This document shows, piece by piece, positions 57,434-64,000 of a DNA stretch of 64,000 bases (position 1 is the first letter of the stretch; the number at the start of each line of letters is the position of its first letter). The position numbers and the translations under genes were made by a program. The DNA is from an uncultured Acidimicrobiales bacterium (GTDB lineage Bacteria > Actinomycetota > Acidimicrobiia > Acidimicrobiales > SHLQ01): the NCBI GenBank assembly GCA_938038815.1, contig CALHTF010000059.1, positions 15,023 through 79,022 on the forward strand, written 5' to 3'. The notes beneath the pieces were generated by a model. The model did not search any database. It was not told the origin of the DNA and saw only the letters and a program-made list of their open reading frames with translations.

Positions 57434-58515
57434 GAGCAACCGTCCACGAACGGCGTCAGCACCTTCGCCCACGCATCAGCTACCGACTGAAGACTGTATT
57501 TCTCCCCGACCTGTTGTTGAGCTCGATGACCCATCTGCACCAGGTTGGGTTCGGCCGTGAGGAGCGAGCTGGCCAACGCCTTGGGGTCCCCTGGATCTAC
57601 GAGGTAACCGGTCAGCCCTTCGGTGACGATCTCCTCGATGAAGCCCACCCTGGTCGCCACCGCTGGGAGGCCGACCATCGCTGCCTCGATCACCACCCCC
57701 GGAAGGCCTTCGGTCAGGCTGGGCAGAACTAACACGTCGCCGCCGGCCAGCACCCGCTCGGGATCGGAACGCTCGCCGAGAATCGACACGCGTCCTGGCC
57801 CCACCAACGCGGCGGCTTCGGCGACCTCTCGACGCGTTGGGCCATCGCCGACCAGCGCCAGATTCCAGCGAGGCGGGAGATGCTCGAGCATCAAGACTGC
57901 GTCGTCGATCGCCTTTTCCGGACTCATCGCGCCGAGACAAATCGCCAGCATTGCGTCGTTGTCGAGCCCGAGCTCGTCGCGCATCTCGGCGCGACTACCA
58001 GAATCGCGGGGCGGAAAATCCTCGGCAGCAACGCCCCGGGGAATCGCCGTAACTCGATCGGCGGGAATCTTTACCACCTCGACCAGGCGCCGCTTCGTCT
58101 CCTCGGTCAGCGACACCACCGCGCTGGCCCGACCAAGGCACCATCGTGAGGTGGCACGACGACGGACCGAATTCATCCAGAAGTACGGATCGCCAATGTT
58201 TCGATACACGAACGGGGTCGAATGACCAACGGTGGCGAGCGCGGTTGCGGGAAGCGTGGTCGATCCGTGGGCGATAACGACCTGAGCTGTCGATGCCTGC
58301 TTGCGAAGCGCGCGCAAGGTTGGCCCGCCCAATCGACTTGACCCGAGCGTGGCGACATCGAGTCCGGGCCCCGAACCCGGGCACAGGGCTACGGTCCGCA
58401 CGGAGAATCCACGGGCCTCCAGCTCGGGCTCGAGCGCCACAGCGAACCGCTCCGCACCGCGGCGAATCGTGGTCGTGATCACCTGCAACACGTCGACGTC
58501 GGCCAATTCGTCCAC
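57430..58515 (-). CDS. Glycosyltransferase family 4
   Basis: RGAERF, VGDGP, LPSLTEGLPGVVIEAA, TGYLV. Confidence 0.92.
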   Translation of the reverse strand: MDELADVDVLQVITTTIRRGAERFAVALEPELEARGFSVRTVALCPGSGPGLDVATLGSSRLGGPTLRALRKQASTAQVVIAHGSTTLPATALATVGHSTPFVYRNIGDPYFWMNSVRRRATSRWCLGRASAVVSLTEETKRRLVEVVKIPADRVTAIPRGVAAEDFPPRDSGSRAEMRDELGLDNDAMLAICLGAMSPEKAIDDAVLMLEHLPPRWNLALVGDGPTRREVAEAAALVGPGRVSILGERSDPERVLAGGDVLVLPSLTEGLPGVVIEAAMVGLPAVATRVGFIEEIVTEGLTGYLVDPGDPKALASSLLTAEPNLVQMGHRAQQQVGEKYSLQSVADAWAKVLTPFVDGCS

Positions 58516-59343
58516 TCAGTAACCTCCCAAGACGCCGTACCGCCGCCCGAAGTCAAGGGTGCGTTTGAACGCGGCCAGGCTCGCCCCGTAGAGAACGATG
58601 GTGCCGAGCAACAGCACCAAGAGCGACACCGCAAGCGACGGCCCGGTGAGCACGTCGCCCTCGACCATGAGAAGCCGCCGAACAGCACTGATCACATAGG
58701 TGTGCGGCAACAGATACGACAGCGGCCGCAGCCACCACGGCAGCATGGCGATCGGAAACAGCGCCCCCGACAGAATCGACGCAAACAGGTTGTAGACGGC
58801 GACCACCGGATCGGCCTTCTTCGACAAGAGTCGTACGCTGGCTGCAAGGGTGCCGATGGCGTGAGACGCCGCAACGCCGAGCGCCAGGACGAGAAGGGCC
58901 TCGGGCAGATTCGTCCAACGGATCTGCGCGCCAAGGGCCAGCCCGAACACGCCGGTGATCGTGCCGTTGATGACACTTAGCGTAATGGGCCACGCCGCGA
59001 GGGCGAACGGAAGCGAATACCAGCTGATCGGCTGCACCAGGAACGTCTCGAACCTGCCCTGCTGGATTGCGGAGTCGAGCGCAGTACTGAACGAAGACAA
59101 GCCGCCCGCAAGCGCCGAGTTCACAAAGAACCCGATGATGACAAAGGTGTAGTAGTCGAAACCGACCGCCGCCGTGGAGTCGACCAGCCGAGCGACGAAC
59201 AGGTAGATAACGGGCAGGATCGCTGGCCCGATGATGTTGTTCAGCAAGATGACCAGCGGGTAGGCAAAGGTCTCGGTGACGCCCAGCCACACGAATGCTC
59301 CGGTGACCCGCCGGGCCCTCAGCATTGGATCGGCCACGTTCAT
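58516..59343 (-). CDS. ABC-2 type permease
   Basis: About 6 TMs; GRFETFLVQP, LSGALFPIAMLPWWL..LPHTY. Confidence 0.9.
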   Translation of the reverse strand: MNVADPMLRARRVTGAFVWLGVTETFAYPLVILLNNIIGPAILPVIYLFVARLVDSTAAVGFDYYTFVIIGFFVNSALAGGLSSFSTALDSAIQQGRFETFLVQPISWYSLPFALAAWPITLSVINGTITGVFGLALGAQIRWTNLPEALLVLALGVAASHAIGTLAASVRLLSKKADPVVAVYNLFASILSGALFPIAMLPWWLRPLSYLLPHTYVISAVRRLLMVEGDVLTGPSLAVSLLVLLLGTIVLYGASLAAFKRTLDFGRRYGVLGGY

Positions 59344-60491
59344 TGGAGTCCCTCGATCTCTCCCGATACCAACTTGTGGAACAGCAGTCGCAACGGCATG
59401 GCGACTCGTTCGAAGGAGGTAACGGCGGAGGTGGAATAGCCGAGGTAGGCCAGAACGGTTCCGATTGGTTCAGCGGTGGCGACCTCGAGCACATCGCCGA
59501 CGATGTCGACCTCGAAGAAGGGCTCGGCATCGAGTCGCCGTCCGAGAGACAGGACATCCACGCCGGCGGCGAACTCGATGCGGTACCGGGGTGCCTCCCA
59601 AATCTTTCGGAGCTCGGCGAGGTTCCCGTTGTGGATCATCCGACCGTGGTCGAGGAAGACGACGTTGTCCTCTAGAGCATCGATCTCCTCCAACCGGTGC
59701 GAGCTCAGCACGATCGACATTCCGTGCTGCGCCGACAACCCTTCGATCAGGCACAAGATTTCGTGAGCTCCGATCGGGTCGACGGTCGAGGTTGGTTCGT
59801 CGAGGATGAGCACTTGGGGTTGATGAAGCAACGCGGCCGCCAGTTGCAGCCGAGCCTTCATACCTGTCGATAACGAGGTGGCCGCCGAGTCGCGAGAGGA
59901 CAAGATTCCGACCTGGTCAAGTGCCATCTCGACCCGCCCGGCCAGCTCGCCGCGCGGAATATTCTGGAGCTTCCCGCGGAACTCAAGGTTCTGTGCACAG
60001 GTGTGGCGCAGCATGAGGTTGCGGTCTTCGGCGGGCATGTAGCCGATCGTCGACCGGACCAAGCGCCCTTCGTCAACGTCTCGCCCCAAGACTCTCGCGG
60101 TGCCACTGGTGGCGGTCGTGAGTCCGGTGAGAATCCGAAACAACGTGCTTTTGCCAGCTCCGTTCGGGCCGACGATCACACACGTCTGGCCCCGATCGAG
60201 CTCGAAACTGACCTGGTCGAGCGCCACAACTGGCTCTTTGATCGCCGACTTCAGCAAGAGGCGCAGCAGCGGCGGCGACGGCAAGAACGTCTTGCACAAC
60301 CCGTCGACCGACAACGCCGGCGGGCCGCCCGGGGGCTTGCTTACTGTGGGCGGTGGAACGGCAACGTTCTTTGGCGCGAGCGTCAGGCGCTCGGTACTCG
60401 ACCCGTCGATCGCTCCCGAAGGACCCACACGTCCAACGTCAATAGCCTCCGCCACTATTTCCCGCCTGTTCTGTTTCGTGTTCCGCAACAC
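59340..60491 (-). CDS. ABC exporter ATP-binding protein
   Basis: GPNGAGKST, LSTGM, ILDEPT, SSH. Start uncertain. Confidence 0.92.
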   Translation of the reverse strand: MLRNTKQNRREIVAEAIDVGRVGPSGAIDGSSTERLTLAPKNVAVPPPTVSKPPGGPPALSVDGLCKTFLPSPPLLRLLLKSAIKEPVVALDQVSFELDRGQTCVIVGPNGAGKSTLFRILTGLTTATSGTARVLGRDVDEGRLVRSTIGYMPAEDRNLMLRHTCAQNLEFRGKLQNIPRGELAGRVEMALDQVGILSSRDSAATSLSTGMKARLQLAAALLHQPQVLILDEPTSTVDPIGAHEILCLIEGLSAQHGMSIVLSSHRLEEIDALEDNVVFLDHGRMIHNGNLAELRKIWEAPRYRIEFAAGVDVLSLGRRLDAEPFFEVDIVGDVLEVATAEPIGTVLAYLGYSTSAVTSFERVAMPLRLLFHKLVSGEIEGLQ

Positions 60492-60640
60492 GCTATCCGC
60501 CTAGTTGGTTCAGTCTAGGTAGGTGGGTTCTCCCATCACAAGTGCCAACGTTGCCGAGTGTTGGATCGGTCGTCGGATTCGGAATCGAACGACCACGGCG
60601 GCCACAATGGGCAAAACTCGCCCCGGAGCGGAGGGCCGAC

Positions 60641-61789
60641 ATGAAGATTTTGCATCTCACCACAATCGCCATGAGTCATCAGTTGCTCTTGCGCCCCCAA
60701 CTGCTTGCGTTACGCGATGCAGGGCACGAGGTGGTCGCCGTTAGCGCCGACGGCCCCGAGGTGGCGCAGCTGCAGAACCAGGGCATTCGTCACCGGGTCA
60801 TCGACGGCTCGACCAGAGGGTTCGATCTGCGGGCCGACCGCCGGGCAATCAGCTCCTTTTGCACGGTGGTTCGAGACGAACAACCCGACCTCGTGCATAC
60901 GCACAACCCAAAGCCCGGCATCTACGGGCGGATCCTCGCGCGTGTGCTCGGTGTGCCGCGGGTGGTCAACACCGTCCATGGCCTCTATGCGACCGACGAC
61001 GATTCCTTCCAGAGACGAGCGGCCGTCTACGGACTCGAAGGTTTGGCCGCCACGTTCTCTCACCTCGAACTGGTGCAGAGCATCGAGGATGTCGAGCTCA
61101 TGCGTTCTTGGCCGCACCTTCCTGGTGATCGGGTGAGGCATCTCGGCAACGGTATCGATGTGCGTCGATTCTCACCGTCTGACGAGGACCGCCGGGACGT
61201 CCGCCGCGAACTGGGCCTCACCGAAGATGCAGCGGTGGCGATCGCGGTTGGCCGGTTGGTCTCCGAGAAGGGGTTCAACGAACTCTTTTCTTCCTGGCCC
61301 AGTGTCCGAACCAACGCCGAACGAAACGGTTTGCCCTTGCCTCACCTGCTCGTGGTGGGAATCGACGATCCCCAGAAAGCCGATGCCCTCCCCCGCGACG
61401 TCATCGCCCGCGCCAAAGCCGACGGGGTTCAGCTTCTGAGCCATCGAGACGACGTCGATCGTTTGCTGCGCGCTTCAGATGTTTTTGTGCTGCCGTCGTA
61501 TCGGGAAGGAGTACCCCGAGCCGCCATGGAGGCGGCAGCGACGGGACTCCCGATCGTGGCCACCGACATTCGCGGATGTCGACAAGTAGTCGACGACGGT
61601 GCGAGTGGACGCCTCGTTCCCAGAATGACCGTCGAACCCCTTGCCGATGCGCTGTCTGAACTTCTGCATGACGCTGCGTTGCGGCGAGCGTTCGGAGCAG
61701 CCGGTCGGGCGAAGGCCGAGCGCGAGTTCGATGAGCGTGATGTGATCGCTCGTTTGCTCGATGCCTACGCCGAATTGGGCGTCAGCTGA
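60641..61789 (+). CDS. Glycosyltransferase family 4 (PglA/CapM-like)
   Basis: GGAGG RBS; HTHNPKPGIYGR, GRLVSEKG, LPSYREGVPRAAMEAAA, TDIRGCR. Confidence 0.93.
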   Translation: MKILHLTTIAMSHQLLLRPQLLALRDAGHEVVAVSADGPEVAQLQNQGIRHRVIDGSTRGFDLRADRRAISSFCTVVRDEQPDLVHTHNPKPGIYGRILARVLGVPRVVNTVHGLYATDDDSFQRRAAVYGLEGLAATFSHLELVQSIEDVELMRSWPHLPGDRVRHLGNGIDVRRFSPSDEDRRDVRRELGLTEDAAVAIAVGRLVSEKGFNELFSSWPSVRTNAERNGLPLPHLLVVGIDDPQKADALPRDVIARAKADGVQLLSHRDDVDRLLRASDVFVLPSYREGVPRAAMEAAATGLPIVATDIRGCRQVVDDGASGRLVPRMTVEPLADALSELLHDAALRRAFGAAGRAKAEREFDERDVIARLLDAYAELGVS

Positions 61790-61799
61790 CCACCGTTGG

Positions 61800-62684
61800 T
61801 CAGTTCTGCCGGTCGCGGTACCGGCGCGAGTTCATTCGCGTCCGCAGCTGTCCCTCGAGACGCATTCCGCCATCGAGCTTGTTACGGAAGAAGCCAAACC
61901 CATCGCTGCGTTGTACGGGCGATCGCTCGAGTCGGAACGGGTTCGTCGATCCGTACGGGTTCTGGCCCGCGTGCACGATCGCGGCACTCCTATGCCGTGA
62001 CCGGATCAACTGCTCGACCTCGCTGCTGCCGAGAACACCCTTGGGATAGGCGAAATGGTCGGCGGGCACTCCGAGTCGATCTTCGATGAGTCCGGCCGCC
62101 CGGTCGAGTTCGCTCGCGGCGGTCGCGGCGTCGACTTTGTCGAGGACCGCATGGGAGTGCGTGTGGGAGCCGACGGTAACGAGTCCTGTCGAGATCATCT
62201 CGGCGAGGGCGGCCCACGACAACGGAACGCCATCGTGATCAAACGGGCGTTGCTGTTCGACGAACTCGGTTGCGATGTAATAGGTGGCGGGGACCTGATG
62301 GTCCACGAGAACGGGAAGGGCGTGATCCATAAAATCCGCAGTCCCGTCATCGAAGGTCACTACGACCGGGTCCGAGTTCGGGGGAAACGATGTCCCAAGT
62401 TGACCCAATCCGTCGTCGAGAGTCACCGCTCGGCCGCTCTCGCCGAGCCACGCCATCTGCTCGGCAAACACCGACGGTGCAACGTCGAGTTCAAGTTCGG
62501 TGCCGCCACCAATTCGGTGATACTCGAGCACGACGAGCCCTCGGGCAGGAGGCCGGAGCTTGTCGAACCCGGCAGCGGCACACTTCACCGTTTGCTGAAC
62601 CGTTCGACGCAAACCGCGCCGCACCCGATCGCTTGCCGTCATATCGCCGCCGCCTTTAGATACGTTGAACCATCTCGGTGTCAC
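61800..62684 (-). CDS. Polysaccharide deacetylase (CE4-like)
   Basis: LEYHRI, TFDDG, GSHTHSH, FAYPKG. Start may be ATG 62642. Confidence 0.9.
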   Translation of the reverse strand: MTPRWFNVSKGGGDMTASDRVRRGLRRTVQQTVKCAAAGFDKLRPPARGLVVLEYHRIGGGTELELDVAPSVFAEQMAWLGESGRAVTLDDGLGQLGTSFPPNSDPVVVTFDDGTADFMDHALPVLVDHQVPATYYIATEFVEQQRPFDHDGVPLSWAALAEMISTGLVTVGSHTHSHAVLDKVDAATAASELDRAAGLIEDRLGVPADHFAYPKGVLGSSEVEQLIRSRHRSAAIVHAGQNPYGSTNPFRLERSPVQRSDGFGFFRNKLDGGMRLEGQLRTRMNSRRYRDRQN

Positions 62685-62807
62685 CTGGTAGGGTACTGTA
62701 AAATTTGAACGTGCTCCGTACTCGGATGTGCGTTCGGGCTACATCAGTAGCGGCGGTATTCGGCGGAAGAGCGGCGCATAAAGGCGGCGCGAAAGGCGGG
62801 CAATTCA

Positions 62808-64000
62808 GTGAAGTTTCGCGACTATTTGGAGATCCTTCGGCGACGATGGTGGATCGTTGCGGCGATGATCTTTCTTGGTATCGGCGCGGTTTGGATGATC
62901 GGCGCACCAACCAGCGCAGCCACGACGTACTCCGGTTCGCTCACGCTGGCGGTTCGAGATACCGGCTCACCAACGTCGGTGCTGCTCTATTCCTATGTTG
63001 CCAACGAGACTGCGGCGATCAGCGAGTTGGTAGCCAACGATCTTGGGCAGGACTACTTTGACGAGGGCGAGGCGACCACCGCCGAGATCGTGGCCGACCG
63101 GGCTAGCGCGTTCGCTGAGCCCGAGATCGGAACGATCACCTTGGCCGTGGTCGGCATGGATTCCCAGGCCCAGGTAGGCCAGACAATCGACGCCTTCGCG
63201 CGACACATCACCGAGTACGGCCGTCAACGGCGGATCGACGAACGAGACTCGTCGCTTGCGACGCTGGCCGCCCGCGAAAGGTTGTTGGTCCGAGAAGTGG
63301 GCGACATGCAGGAACGCCTCGACTTCATCACTGGGCTACAGCCCGAGTCACAAGTGGAGCGCGGCATTCCAGCCGATCGGATCCTCGAGACAACGATCAG
63401 CGCTCGTTTGGGTGCCCTGAACATCGTGTTGGCAGACATCGAAGCCTTGGACGCGCTTACCGACGCCGAATTGAACCCCCTTGAGGTGGTCGGTTCGGCA
63501 ACGATCAAAGAACAACCAGGACCCGCTGATCCACTTGGTTACCGCGGGCGACTAGCGGTAGCGGTAGCTCTCGCCAGCCTTCTTGGGATTGGTTTGTCGC
63601 TCGGGCTTCACCGCTTCGACCCCAAACTCTACGACCGACGCGACACCGAGAACGCGCTGCGGCTCCCGGTACTCGTTGAGATCCCGGAGCTGCCCCGCAA
63701 GCTTCGACGGACCAGGAAACCCGTCCTTATCGATCAGCCTTCACACCCGGCCGCCGAGGCTTTCCGTCAGCTGCGCTCAGCGGTCAGCCGACTCACCGGC
63801 CCGGCCACAAAATCCGGGCGAGCGAGAGACGAAGGCTCGGTGCTCCTCGTGGTGTCGCCATCGGAGGGCACGGGTAAGTCGACCACGGCAGTCAACCTGG
63901 CGGTCGCGGCTGCCGAAGCCGGTATCAACACGCTGCTGGTGAGCGCCGATCTCCGAAAGCCGATGCTTCACAAGTCCTTCGACGTTGTCGTTGGGGCGGG
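62808..64000 (+). CDS. Wzc-like chain-length regulator / BY-kinase (3' end outside window)
   Basis: Manual translation MKFRDYLEILRRRWWIV..., second TM, AEAFRQLRS, Walker A SPSEGTGKST, VSADLRKP. Confidence 0.9.
   Translation, partial: MKFRDYLEILRRRWWIVAAMIFLGIGAVWMIGAPTSAATTYSGSLTLAVRDTGSPTSVLLYSYVANETAAISELVANDLGQDYFDEGEATTAEIVADRASAFAEPEIGTITLAVVGMDSQAQVGQTIDAFARHITEYGRQRRIDERDSSLATLAARERLLVREVGDMQERLDFITGLQPESQVERGIPADRILETTISARLGALNIVLADIEALDALTDAELNPLEVVGSATIKEQPGPADPLGYRGRLAVAVALASLLGIGLSLGLHRFDPKLYDRRDTENALRLPVLVEIPELPRKLRRTRKPVLIDQPSHPAAEAFRQLRSAVSRLTGPATKSGRARDEGSVLLVVSPSEGTGKSTTAVNLAVAAAEAGINTLLVSADLRKPMLHKSFDVVVGA

Noticed and set aside
62750-62800. ops-like element (GGCGGTA) upstream of wzc
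   Set aside because: Incomplete match, GGCGG is expected by chance at this GC content, and RfaH is not established for this phylum

Overview
High-GC actinobacterial chromosome segment. Gene content (mreB, two whiB, sigE/anti-sigma, ChlI-like AAA+/VWA pair, RTX protein, single-anchor Sdh) suggests Acidimicrobiia; this is an inference. About 56 genes were found, with no rRNA, tRNA, CRISPR, transposase or phage genes recognised. Layout: core genes (mreB, moaE, ppk1, whiB x2, sigE, tatA); a coupled ABC importer + acyl-CoA ligase + carotenoid-cleavage-oxygenase (CCO) operon facing two more CCO paralogues; secreted proteins; a clpP-clpP/popR module with an exact PopR box; sdhCAB; and about 17 kb of a surface-polysaccharide locus containing a G8/beta-helix/PA14 protein. 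The most notable points are (1) the triple-CCO uptake/catabolism cluster, (2) 28-bp-period nested-palindrome arrays plus related CWG-centred palindromes, and (3) several enzyme homologues with altered catalytic residues (GH1, second ClpP, HtrA-like, HisD-like, SDR). All product calls come from manual motif reading, not database searches.
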